Below are positions 1 to 11,190 of a DNA stretch of 64,000 bases, in pieces. Origin of the DNA: Mobula birostris (taxonomy: Eukaryota); the NCBI RefSeq assembly GCF_030028105.1, contig NC_092372.1, forward strand, positions 87,114,687 to 87,178,686. The letters are read 5' to 3'. A model generated the notes under the pieces. It ran no database searches and was not told the origin of the DNA. It saw only the letters and a program-made list of their open reading frames with translations. Every line of letters begins with the position of its first letter. Position 1 is the first letter of the stretch. The position numbers and the translations under genes were made by a program.

Positions 1-1710
1 TGCCAAAAGCTCTTACGATCCCATGTACCTGTGACAACACTTTCAAGGACTTATGGATCTGTATTCCCAGATTCCTCTGTTCTACTGCACTCCTCAGTAC
101 CCTATTATTCACTGTCTAAGTCTGGTTTGTCCTCTCAACGTGAACACTTCATACTTGTCTGCATTAAATTCCATCTGCCATTTTTCCAGCTGGTCCAGAT
201 CCCACTGCAAACTTTGATAGCCTTCCTTGCTGTCCGCTATTTTGATGTCATCTGACAGTAAAATTTATCATCAGAGTACATGCATGTCACCACACGTAAA
301 ACCGTGAGAATGCCCGTGGAAAAAGAATCTCAGGGTTGCATGTAGTGACATGTATGCACTCTGATAATAAATTTTACTTTGAAATTTGCTGATCCAGTTT
401 AACACATTATCATCCATATTGTTGATATAGATGACAAACACAATGGACCTAGCACTGATCCCTGCAGTACACCACTTGTCACAGGCCTCCAGTCAGAGAA
501 GTGACCATCTACTATCACTCTTTGGCTTCTCAAGCAAAGCCAATGTTTAATCCAATTTACTATCTCATCCTGAATGTCAAGCAACTGAGCGTTCTTGATC
601 AGCTTCCCATGAGGGTCCTTGTCAAAGGCTTGTTAAAGTCCACGTACACAACATCCACTGCCTTGCCTTCATCAACTTCCCTGGTAACCTCTGGAAAAAT
701 CTCGATAAGATTGGTTAGACATAAACTACCACACATAAAGCCATATTGACCATCCCTACTCTGATCCTGTCTCTACAAGTACTTACTACGTATCTGGTCC
801 CTTAGAATACCTGCCCATAATTTATCCATTACTGATGTCAGGCTCACCAGCCTATAATATCCAGGCTTATTCTTAGGGCTTTCTTGAACAATGGAACAAC
901 ATTAGCTATCCTCCAGCACCTCACCTGTCTCTCAGGACATTTTAAATATCTCTGCTATGGCTCCTGCAACTGCTGCCCTGGCCTCCCACAAGGTCTGCAG
1001 GGACATCTTGTCAGGCCCTGGGGATTTATTCACCCTAATGTGCCACAAGACAGCAAGCACCTCCCCTTCTTTAATCTGTATATAGTCCATGACCTCACTG
1101 CTGTTTTTCTTCAGTTCTATTGACTCCCAGTCCATCTCCTGAGTAAATACAGATGCAAAGAATCATTAAGATCTCCCCCTCTCCTTTGACCCCATACATA
1201 GATGACGATACTAATCTTTAAGCGGACCAATTTTGTCCTTTGCTTTTAATGTATCTATAGAAACTCCTGGGAATCTTTCACCTTGTCTGCTGAAGCAACT
1301 TCACAGCTTATTTTAGTCCTCATATTTTTTAAATCCCCGAACACCTCATTTGCTCCTCGCTGCGTAGATCCAGCCTATGCACCTCCTTCAACTTCTTAAG
1401 CAGGGCCTCGATATTCTCCAAAAAACCAGTTTTCCCTAAACTTGCTAGACTTGACTTTTATTCTGATAGGAGCATACAAACACTGTACTCTCACAACTTC
1501 ACTTAGCAAGTATGCCTCTGCCAGAAAACAACCTTTCCTAATCTACTCTTGCCAGATCCTTTCTGATGCCATCAACATTGGCCTTTCTCCAATTTAGAAT
1601 CTCAATCCGGGGACCTGTCCTATCCTTCTCCATAATTATTTTGAAACTAATCAAATTAGGATCAGAAGATCCAAAGTGCTTCCTTACAAATACTTCTGTC
1701 ACCTGCCCAG
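1..1710 (-). mobile_element. Decayed CR1-clade LINE ORF2 fragments (in LAP3 intron 3)
   Basis: Minus-strand peptides typical of CR1 RT (NWIKHWLCLRSQRVIVDG..SDWRPVTSGVLQGSVLGPL; KSPGPD) with many stops and frameshifts; boundaries approximate. Confidence 0.8.
257..378. repeat. Imperfect fold-back made of two inverted Rex1/Babar-type 3' tails, inserted in the CR1
   Basis: agtaaaatttatcatcagagtacatgcatgtcac... pairs with ...gtgacatgtatgcactctgataataaattttact; the same tail motif (gataataaatttactttgaa) occurs near 33415 and 57490. Confidence 0.65.
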
Positions 1711-2159
1711 GTTTTAGTTCTACATAACTATATTGGTTTCAACAAAAAACTAATTTACAGAGGAATTATAGAAATGCAATAATTATCAAGATTCTTCAAT
1801 GTCTGTATTTTGTCAGACTGTATTTATGCAGGCTCTGAACTGTACTCAACTTCATAACAGATTGCCAACTCCAAGGTAATTACCATGCACAAAATTTTGT
1901 AATTTCCTAATTTGGTAATTTAAGTAATGAAGAGAAGGTCTAATTAGATTCTGAATGTATTATGCTTATAATAACCAGGTAACCTAATACATTTATAATA
2001 AACAGAAAACTTAGTATATTTTGCTGTGCTTGCAAAAAGTAATTAGAATTATCAGATAATTTCCATAATTTACATACATCATTCATCAATAAAATAGTAT
2101 TTTAACATTCCTTCATTGACTTGAATGAAGCATTAAATAGATTTAATCTGAAAACATAC

Positions 2160-2214
2160 CTGATGCAGTCCATAAAATATCCGGCTTCTTCCTTTTTTAA
2201 GTGCAGGACCAGAT
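2160..2214 (-). CDS. LAP3: Leucine aminopeptidase 3, exon 3 (55 nt; (I)SGPALKKGRSRIFYGLHQ)
   Basis: ttttaag acceptor and gtatgt donor; in phase with exon 2; resembles mammalian LAP3 ISGPPLKAGKTRTFYGLHQ. Confidence 0.93.
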
Positions 2215-2604
2215 CTTAAAAATAAACACAATTGTAAATAGAAGACTAAAACATGAAAATGTTAAACAACTTACATCTGCATTACTTACCACTGCTCATG
2301 ACAATGCTCAGGAAATCTTCTAGTTTTCCAAGCATGTCCCTGTCTTATACAATCAGCGGCACTGTCAGTCATCATAAAATCAAATTTTCACTCAAACTCC
2401 CATTTATTTTGCTATTTCTCATCCTCAAAATGCCCATTTTCAATCTCATCTTTGACTACTTCACGCAAATCTTCTCATCTAAATGTAGGACTTTGGGGAA
2501 ATTTAACATGCTTATTGCCAATTTAAAAAATGATCCCACAATGTAGTGGCCAAAGCATCAAATCTATTTGACCTATATCTGCATGTATAATAGCATCAGG
2601 GTGG

Positions 2605-2905
2605 GGGGAGGCATGGTATCATAGTGGCTAGCGGAATCGCTTTGCAGTACCAGCAATCATCGATCGGGGTTCTATTCCTGCTATTGTCTGTAAGGAATTT
2701 ATACGTTTTCCCTGTGACCACATGGCTTTCCTCCAGATGCTCTGGTTTTCTCCCACATTCCAAAGTCGTACCAGTTCGGGTTAGTAAACTGGAGGCATGC
2801 AATAGCACGCTGATGCTTGCAGGCTGCTCCAACACAACCATAATGCAAATGACACATCTCATTATATGTTTCAAGGTACACGTGACAAATCAAACTAATC
2901 TCCCT
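2605..2905 (+). mobile_element. tRNA-derived V-SINE (HE1-like)
   Basis: A/B-box-like head followed by the V-domain-like core ggctttcctccagatgctctggttttctcccacattccaaag; related copies near 6010-6255, 53075-53335, 60680-60900 and 63598-63915. Confidence 0.7.
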
Positions 2906-3046
2906 CTAAGTTTTTTCACTTCTACGGTGTGACAATGTATACTCATACAACAAACAAATGATTCAAGAACATATTCAACTCATTCATATCAATCAAATAT
3001 CTTTTCCATAATTTGCCTCCAATTTACCTTTGAAAACTATACTTAC

Positions 3047-3162
3047 ATGGTCAAAAGTTCCTTCAGTCTTCCAGATATAGAGAAGTCAAATGCTTCCCCT
3101 GCTTTTGTGAACTGAACAGGTTCATCCACTTTCCCTCCCTCATATACACCAAGAACCAGGCC
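3047..3162 (-). CDS. LAP3: Leucine aminopeptidase 3, exon 2 (116 nt; GLVLGVYEGGKVDEPVQFTKAGEAFDFSISGRLKELLT)
   Basis: tttttctgtag acceptor and gtaagt donor; matches the LAP3 GLVLG(I/V)Y...QFT.AGE.FD motif. Confidence 0.95.
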
Positions 3163-3512
3163 CTACAGAAAAATGACATCAAGAAAAAATATTAAACACA
3201 ATATACTTCAAAAGCTGCTTTAATGGATTTGTTTTGCCTCAATTATATGTAAATTAAAATTTTCAACATAAACTCAAAAAATTCTGCAGATGCTGGAAAT
3301 CTTGAACAATGCACACAAAATGCTGGAGAAACCCAGCACGTCAGACAGCATCCATGGAGGGGAATAAACAGTCAACATTTCAGGCACATCAGTCACAGTC
3401 ACATTGTGTGAGTTGCTGCTTCATACACGTTACATGCTCCACTATTTAATATGTACATTTTGTCCAACATCATTATTGTGAGAAAATCCTAAAAACTATT
3501 CCCTCAGTATTT

Positions 3513-5009
3513 AAAAATGCAAACAACGGGAATTCTGCAGATGCTGGAAATTCAAGCAATACACATAAAAGTTGCTGGTGAACGCAGCAGGCCAGGCAGC
3601 ATCTCTAGGAACAGGTGCAGTCGATGTTTCAGGCCGAGACCCTTCGTCAGGACTAACTGAAGGAAGAGTGAGTAAGGGATATGAAAGTTGGAGGGGTAGG
3701 GGGAGATCCAAAATGATAGGAGAAGACAGGAGGGGGAGGGATGGAGCCAAGAGCTGGACAGGTGATAGGCAAAAGGGATACGAGAGGATCATGGGACAGG
3801 AGGTCCGGGAAGAAAGATGGGGGGGGGGGGGACCCAGAGGATGGACAAGGGGTATATTCAGAGGGACAGAGGGAGAAAAAGGAGAGTGAGAGAAAGAATG
3901 TGTGTATAAAAATAAGTAACAGATGGGGTACGAGGAGGAGGTGGGGCATTAGCGGAAGTTAGAGAAGTCGATGTTCATGCCATCAGGTTGGAGGCTACCC
4001 AGACGGAATATAAGGTGTTGTTCCTCCAACCTGAGTGTGGCTTCATCTTTACAGTAGAGGAGGCCGTGGATAGACATGTCAGAATGGGAATGGGATGTGG
4101 AATTAAAATGTGTGGCCACTGGGAGATCCTGCTTTCTCTGGCGGACAGAGCGTAGGTATTCAGCAAAGTGGTCTCCCAGCCTGCGTCGGGTCTCGCCAAT
4201 ATATAAAAGGCCACATCGGGAGCACCGGACGCAGTATATCACCCCAGCCGACTCACAGGTGAAGTGTTGCCTCACCTGGAGGGACTGTTTGGGGCCCTGA
4301 ATGGTGGTAAGGGAGGAAGTGTAAGGGCATGTGTAGCACTTGTTCCGCTTACATGGATAAGTGCCAGGAGGGAGATCAGTGGGGAGGGATGGGGGGGACG
4401 AATGGACAAGGGAGTTGTCTAGGGAGCGATCCCCGCGGAATGCGGGGGGGGGGAGGGAAAGATTTGCTTAGTGGTAGGATACCGTTGGAGGTGGCGGAAG
4501 TTACGGAGAATAGTATGTTGGACCTGGAGGCTGGTGGGGTGGTAGGTGAGGACCAGGGGAACCCTATTCCTAGTGGGGTGGCGGGAGGATGGAGCAAGAG
4601 CAGATGTACGTGAAATGGGGGAGATGCGTTTAAGAGCAGAGTTGATAGTGGAGGAAGGGAAACACCCTTTCTTTAAAAAAGGAAGACATCTCCCTCATCC
4701 TAGAATGAAAAGCCTCATCCTGAGAGCAGATGCGGCGGAGACGGAGGAATTGCGAGAAGGGGATGGCGTTTTTGCAAGAGACAGGGTGAGAAGAGGAATA
4801 GTCCAGATAGCTGTGAGAGTCAGTAGGCTTATAGTAGACATCAATGGATAAGCTGTCTCCAGAGACAGAGACAGAAAGATCTAGAAAGGGGAGGGAGGTG
4901 TCGGAAATGGACCAGGTAAACTTGAGGGCAGGGTGAAAGTTGGAGGCAAAGTTAATAAAGTCAACGAGCTCTGCATGCATGCAGGAAGCAGCGCCAATGC
5001 AGTCGTCAG
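3513..5009 (-). mobile_element. 5'-truncated Penelope-like retroelement (RT C-terminal part, GIY-YIG endonuclease, 3' tail)
   Basis: DDCIG..., LPFLDLSV, VYYKPTDSHSYL, then GVIYCVRCSRCGLLYIGETRRRL; 12-bp TSD ccctcagtattt at 3501-3512 and 5010-5021. Confidence 0.92.
3618..3660 (-). ncRNA. Minimal hammerhead ribozyme motif in PLE tail (variant GAAACAUC)
   Basis: Minus strand reads AGTC-CTGACGA-AGGGTCTCGGCCT-GAAA-CATC-GACT; AGTC/GACT helix I flanks the CUGANGA...GAAA core. Confidence 0.6.
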
Positions 5010-6009
5010 CCCTCAGTATTTGCTGCCTTTTGTTCTCTCTCTGCTCCTCAATCACTGGATCGCGATCTTGATTTTCACATCTAACACTAACTTTTACAAT
5101 AGTAAAACTCTGACAATGACTTAACCAATTGCTCGGAAATCCTGATGATTTGGCATCTGGTTGACTTACTAGCTCAGAATGTGTCACAGTCCAGAGCACA
5201 AGCACGATTTGGAGTCAGTGCTGAGAGTCTGGAGTGTAGATGGCGTCTGGTCAGTGGCTAGGTGCATGGCAAAGCTGGCATCAGCTCTAAAACACCAGGG
5301 GTCAGGAACAAATAGATATGCTACAGGAGCCAGGATCCGGAGTGCTCTGCACTCTCTTTAAACTCAACAAGTTCACTGGTAAATTTACTGCGCTACTGTG
5401 TTTCTTGTAGCAGGAAGTGAAAGCAAAGTATATTGTGTATTAATAGAGTTAAGATACAGTAGTCCAGAAATTTGGGCTGACCACTCAAGTCCCAGGGATA
5501 CTGCATTATCACTTTTACTGCACTGCCTTTAATCATCCTGCAAACATGTAATAATGCAGCCACACCACCAACATGAAGTACTCCCAAGAGGCTGGTCATG
5601 GCGCACATCAACTCCAGCCTCCCAGACAAGCATTGAAGATACATTTTGCAGAGACAGAATGCATGAATGAAAACCGAGATAAACACTTTTGTATCTGTCT
5701 TCACTGGAGAGATGGCATTGTCTCAGTAACATTAATGTTCACAGAGATAATACTGGATATGTAGTTTGAAAATAAGGTTAGCAGTGATATGTCACGTGGT
5801 TCGGAGCGTGAGTACCTAAAATTAATGAGGGAACTTAAGAGTGTATTTAATGGAAAATCTCGACACAAATTTCCAATGCATTTTAGATACTGGCATCTTC
5901 TTTAAAAATGTGAAAATGAGGGGCATTGGGAAGAATAGAAGATAATACTAGAACTGTAAAAGAAAGCAATTCAAGTAAAGTAAGCTTGATCAGACCTCAT
6001 GCTGAAGAA

Positions 6010-6255
6010 GAGATTAGCTTTATTTGTCACATGCTCATCAAAACTTCCAAACTTATAGTCAAATGTGTTGTTTGCAAAAACAACCAAGACAGTCTAAGGA
6101 TGTGCTGGGGACAGCCCACAATTGTTGCCATGCTTCCAGTGCCATCATAGCATGCCTACAACCTACTAACACCAACCAATACATCTTTAGAATGTGGGAG
6201 GAAACCCATGCGATCATGGGGAGACCATACAAATTCCTCACAGACAACAGCAGAA
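6010..6255 (-). mobile_element. V-SINE copy
   Basis: Reverse complement of the V-domain core (ctttagaatgtgggaggaaaccc...tacaaattcctcacagac). Confidence 0.6.
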
Positions 6256-6612
6256 GCCTCTACCTGCCCTCTCCCCCCTTGGAAATTAATGGTCAGGCTG
6301 TGTCAGCAGTCAAGTTGTTCATATTCCTGGGGACTACCATTACTAACATATTGAAGTGGGACAAGCACGTTCCACTCATCACTAGGAAGGCCCAGCAGTG
6401 ACTGTTCTTCCTACGTCAGCTATGGAAACCAATCATCTTAGGGCGTATTCTGATGAATTTTCACTCAGTCATCATTGAGTGTTGTGACCACATCTATCAC
6501 TGGTTTCCCACTGCCTCTGCCCGCTGCAAGTTCAGGTTGCAGTGAATGGTCCACTCAGTGGAGAAAATCATTGGCTGTCAGCTACCGACACTAACAAACA
6601 TGTGCTCATCAA
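6256..6612 (+). mobile_element. Decayed Rex1/Babar-type LINE fragment
   Basis: PLEINGQAVSAVKLFIFLGTTITNILKW...RKAQQ*LFFLRQL, typical of the RT thumb region. Confidence 0.65.
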
Positions 6613-6615
6613 CAG

Positions 6616-7096
6616 AGTTGCGAGGAGGGGACGGTGTCCTGACAGCAGATGCGGCGGAGACGGAGGAATTGCGAGGAGGGGACGGCGTCCTGAGAGCAGA
6701 TGCGGCGGAGACGGAGGAATTGCGAGGAGGGGACGGCGTCCTGAGAGCAGATGCGGCGGAGACGGAGGAATTGCGAGGAGGGGACGGCGTCCTGAGAGCA
6801 GATGCGGCGGAGACGGAGGAATTGCGAGGAGGGGGCAGCGTCCTGACAGCAGATGCGGCGGAGACGGAGGAATTGCGAGGAGGGGACGGCGTCCTGAGAG
6901 CAGATGCGGCGGAGACGGAGGAATTGCGAGAAGGGGACGGCGTCCTGAGAGCAGATGCGGCGGAGACGGAGGAATTGCGAGGAGGGGACGGCGTCCTGAG
7001 AGCAGATGCGGCGGAGACGGAGGAATTGCGAGAAGGGGACGGCGTCCTGAGAGCAGATGCGGCGGAGACGGAGGAATTGCGAGGAGGGGACGGCGT
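6616..7096. repeat. Tandem array of about 9.4 x 51 bp derived from PLE coding sequence
   Basis: Unit cctgagagcagatgcggcggagacggaggaattgcgaggaggggacggcgt is near-identical to 4719-4769 of the first PLE copy; seen as a 17-aa periodicity in four ORF frames. Confidence 0.95.
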
Positions 7097-8010
7097 TTTT
7101 GCAAGAGACAGGGTGAGAAGAGGAATAGTCCAGATAGCTGTGAGAGTCAGTAGGCTTATAGTAGACATCAGTAGTTTCCCACCACTAAGCACATCTTTCC
7201 CTCTCCCCCCTCTGCTTTCCGCAGTGATCGCTCCCTACGCGACTCCCTTGTCCATTTGTCCCCCCCATCCCTCCCCACTGATCTCCCTCCTGGCACTTAT
7301 CCGTGTAAGTGGAACAAGTGCTACACATGCCCTTACACTTCCTCCCTTACCACCATTCAGGGCCCCAGACAGTCCTTCCAGGTGAGGCAACACTTCACCT
7401 GTGAGTCGGCTGGGGTGATATCCTGCGTCCGGTGCTCCCGATGTGGCCTCCTATATATTGGCGAGACCCGAGACAGACTGGGAGACCGCTTTACTGAACA
7501 CCTACGCTCTGTCCGCCAGAGAAAGCAGGATCTCCCAGTGGCCACACATTTTAATTCCACATCCCATTCCCATTCCGACATGTCTATCCACGGCGTCCTC
7601 TACTGTAAAGATGAAGCCACACTCAGGTTGGAGGAACAACACCTTATATTCCATCTGGGTAGCCTCCAACCTGATGGCATGAACATCGACTTCTCTAACT
7701 TCCGCTAATGCTCCACCTCCCCCTCGTACCCCATCCATTATTTATTTATATACACACATTCTTTCTCTCGCTCCTTTTTCTCCCTCTGTCCCTCTGACTA
7801 TACCCCTTGCCCATCCTCCGGGCTTCCCCACCTCCGTTTTCCTTCTTCCCGGACCATCCTGTCCCATGATCCTCTCGTATCCCCTTTTGCCTATCACCTA
7901 TCCAGCTCTTGGCTCCATCCCTCCCCTTCCTGTCTTCTCCTATCATTTTGGATCTCCCCCTCCCCCTCCCCCTCCCACTTTCAAATCCCTTACTCACTCT
8001 TCCTTCAGTT

Positions 8011-8047
8011 AGTCCTGACGAAGGGTCTCGGCCTGAAACGTCAACTG
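8011..8047 (+). ncRNA. Minimal hammerhead ribozyme motif in PLE tail
   Basis: AGTC-CTGACGA-AGGGTCTCGGCCT-GAAA-CGTC-AACTG. Confidence 0.65.
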
Positions 8048-8561
8048 TACCTCTTCCTACAGATGCTGCCTGGCCTGCTGTGTTCACCAGCAACTTTGAT
8101 GTGTGTTGCGGAAATTGTTTAGGCTACAGTTGAGAATCTGCCTCAATCCCAGATAACACAGAAATAACACCTAGGGCTTCCTCATTAAAGCACAAGCTCA
8201 AGAGCTCAAGATTTTTTTTCCAAAAGAACTTTGTCGGTGTAAAATAACATTACAAAACAATCCCGGCGATAGAATCTCTAAATCATCCGGAGATTTAAGT
8301 AGTTTATCTGAAAGAGACAACTGTCCCATTTTGTGTGACTGGATGCAGTGAAGGGGCGAGATAGGACGTTCTGTAGAGACAATTACCAGGCTCCGAGGAA
8401 AGAGCGGGGATTAATTTCAGATCCAGTGGGATTCTCCTTCACCTCGAGGAGACACCAGAAGGACCAACTATTGGCCAGACACTAACGACCCCGCGACCCA
8501 CCCATTCCTCCGACCCGAAGCACATGGTAAAGTCCGAGCCGCCCCGCCTTGCTCACTGCAC

Positions 8562-8663
8562 CTTGGAGCCGCTATTAGACCGGCAGAAACGCAGCGAGTT
8601 CCAGCCCGAACCAGCCCTCAAGAGGGAGCGGAACGGCACCTTGCCGCAGACAGCTAGTGACAT
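8562..8663 (-). CDS. LAP3: Leucine aminopeptidase 3, exon 1 (102 nt; MSLAVCGKVPFRSLLRAGSGWNSLRFCRSNSGSK)
   Basis: ATG in good context (gaagATGt) in a CpG-rich island; 34 codons ending K|GT in phase 0 with exon 2; Arg/Ser-rich, acid-free peptide resembling a mitochondrial presequence; donor gtgcag is weak. Confidence 0.82.
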
Positions 8664-8700
8664 CTTCAAACGGCAAAGGAGGGAATAGATTCGCTATGAA

Positions 8701-8924
8701 CTCCCGACAACCAGCTGACGCTAACACCGCGGCTTCTCCACTCCCTGTACAGCGCTCCCGACGACCAGCCGACGCTATTACCGCGGCTTCTCCACTCCCT
8801 GAACAGCGCTCCTGTCGATCAGCCGACGCTATTACCGCGGCTTCTCCACTCCCTGAACAGCCCTCCCGACGATCAGCTGACGCTATTACCGCGGGTTCTT
8901 GACTCCCCGAACAGCGCTCCCGAC
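8701..8924. repeat. CpG-rich minisatellite, 4 x 54 bp plus a partial unit, just upstream of the LAP3 ATG
   Basis: Unit starts at 8701, 8755, 8809, 8863 and 8917 (ctcccgac...gacgctattaccgcggcttctccactccctgaacagcg). Confidence 0.92.
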
Positions 8925-9049
8925 GGACATTGACCTCAGTGATCTGGAGAAAGGAACTAATGGCATTAGAGGCAAATTTGTAAACGATACAAAGTAAGTT
9001 GAGGAACACGTAGAATTGCGGAGGTAGGGAACCTGCAGAAGAACATGTT

Positions 9050-11190
9050 AAAATAAGTCCATAAGACATAAGAGCAGAATTAGGCCATGAGGCCCACTGA
9101 GTCTGCTTCAATCATGGCTGATCCTTTTTTCCCCTCCTCAGTCCCACTTTCTGGCCTTCACCCCATAAACTTTGATGCCATGTCCAATCAAGAAGCTATC
9201 AAGATCTGCCTTAAATACGCCTAACGACCTGGCCTCCACAGCTGCCCATGGTAATAAATTCCACAAGTGCATGACCATGCATTTTCCAACGTTTGGCACT
9301 CTCTTGCCCATTCTCCGAATCTGCCTAAGTCCTTCTGCAGCCTACCTGTTTCCTTGACACTACCTGCCCCTCTACCAATCTTTGTATCATCTGCAAACTT
9401 GGCAACAAAGCCATCTATTCCATCATCTTGATCATTTATATACAGCATAGAAAGAAGTGGCCCCAACATCAACCCCTGCGAAACACCACTAGTCACTGGC
9501 AGCCAACCAGACAAGGATCCTTTTATTCCCTCTCACTGCCTCCTACCAATCAGCCATTGCTCTAACCATGCCAGTAATTTTCCTGTAATACCATCGGCTC
9601 TTGATAAGCAGCCTCCTATGGGGCACCTTGTCCAAGGCCTTCTGAAAGTCCAGATATACTTCCCTCACAACCTTCAACATCTGGCACACTGCTCGTGTCT
9701 TTCACAGTAAAGACTGATGGAAAATACTCCATTTAGTTCACTTGCCATCTCCTTGTCCCCTGTTATTATTTCTCCCTCATTTTCTAGCAGTCCTATATCC
9801 ACTCTCATCTCTCTTTTATTTTTTCAAACTTGAAAAAGCTTTTATTATTCACTTTGATATTGCTTGCTAGCTTGCTTCCATATTCATCTTTTCCCTACTA
9901 ATCATTCTTTTAGTTGCTCTCTGTAAGTTTTTAAAAGCTTCCCAATCCTCTGTCTTCCCACTGGTTTTTGCTTTATTGTATGCCCTCTTGTATGCTTTTA
10001 CATTAGCTTTGACTTCCCTTGTCTGCCATGGTTGCACTATTTTGCCATTTGAGTATTTCTTTGTTGTTAGAATACATTTATCCTGCACCTTCCTCATTTT
10101 TTTTCCAGAAACTCACACTGTTGCTGCTCTGCTGTAATCCCTGCCAGCCTCTCCTTCCAATTTACTTTGGTCAACTCCTCTCTCATACCACAATTATTTC
10201 CTTTACCCCACTGAAATACTGCTATTCAGACTTTACTTTCTCCTTATCAAGTTTCAAGTTGAACTCAATCATATTATGATCACTGTCTCCTGAGGGATAT
10301 TTTACCTCAAACTTCCTAATTGCCTGTGGTTCATTACATAACACCCAATCCATATCCCCTAGTAGGTTCAATGACAAGCTGCTCTAAAAAGCCATCTCTT
10401 CGGCATTCAACAAACTTAATCTCTTGAGATCCATTATCAACCTGATTTTCCCAATCGACCTGCGCGTTGAAATCTCCCATGATTATCATAACATTGCCTT
10501 TCGACACACCTTTTCTATTTCTCATTGTAATCTGAGATCCACATGCCAGCTATTGTTGGAAGGCCTGTACTGTATATAACTGCCATCAGGGTCCTTTTAC
10601 TGTTGTAGTTTCTTAACTCAGCCCTCAGGGATTCAACATCTTCCATCTTTCCACTGATTTGATGCCATTCTTTACCAGCAGAACCACACCCCCCTCTGCC
10701 TACCTTCCTATCCCTCTGATACAACATGTACCCTTGGACATTCAGCTCCTAACTACAATCATCCTTCAGCCATGATTCAGTGATGGCCACAACATCATAC
10801 CTGACAATGCATAATAGTGCATCAAGATATTTCTCCTTATTTCTTATACTCCGTGCATTGAGATGTAACACTTTGAGTACTATATTTGCTACCTATTTTG
10901 ATTCTGCAACCCTAATGCACTGCTACTCACAGCAATTTTGTCCTATCATATACCCACCCTTCCTGACAGTCTTACTGCACACTATCTTTGCTTTTTTACC
11001 AACCATTCCATCCTGAGTCACTCCAGCTCCTACACCCCCCCCCCTGCCAAATTAGTTTAAACACTCCCCAACAACTCTAACAAACCTGCCCACGAGGATG
11101 TAGGTCCCCCTCGGGTTCAGGTGCAACCTGTCCCTTTTGTACAGGTCATACCTCCCCCAGAAGAGATCCCAATGATCCAAGAACCCAAAG
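9050..11190 (-). mobile_element. Decayed, internally deleted CR1 LINE (3' tail, RT, endonuclease, esterase-type ORF1 end)
   Basis: WLPVTSGVSQG..LGPLL..YIND, KFADDTK, IMGDFN (APE endonuclease), FLDHWDLFWGRYDLYKRDRLHLN (ORF1). Confidence 0.8.

Larger units (their letters stand above)
6616..8108 (+). mobile_element. Penelope-like element copy with inverted 5' part (6616-7170 minus; 7171-8108 plus, GIY-YIG and tail)
   Basis: ORF 7256-7708 is a GIY-YIG domain nearly identical to the copy at 3949-4275; 7097-7170 matches about 4770-4843 in the opposite orientation relative to the rest of the element. Confidence 0.9.

Noticed and set aside
6616-7096. CRISPR-like appearance of the regular arrays here and at 8701-8924
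   Set aside because: Units are head-to-tail with no unique spacers, there are no cas genes, and the context is eukaryotic
6542-7385. Four overlapping 178-279 aa repetitive ORFs
   Set aside because: Artefacts of a stop-free 51-bp tandem array derived from PLE sequence; not host genes
8776-8842. TATTACCGCGGCT in the VNTR unit equals the complement of the conserved SSU rRNA 530-loop sequence
   Set aside because: Only 13 nt with no flanking rRNA similarity; on the LAP3 strand it is the same sense as rRNA and could not pair with it; most likely chance
8575-9111. 178-aa minus-strand ORF over the LAP3 promoter
   Set aside because: Kept open by the 54-bp repeat and in a different frame from LAP3 exon 1
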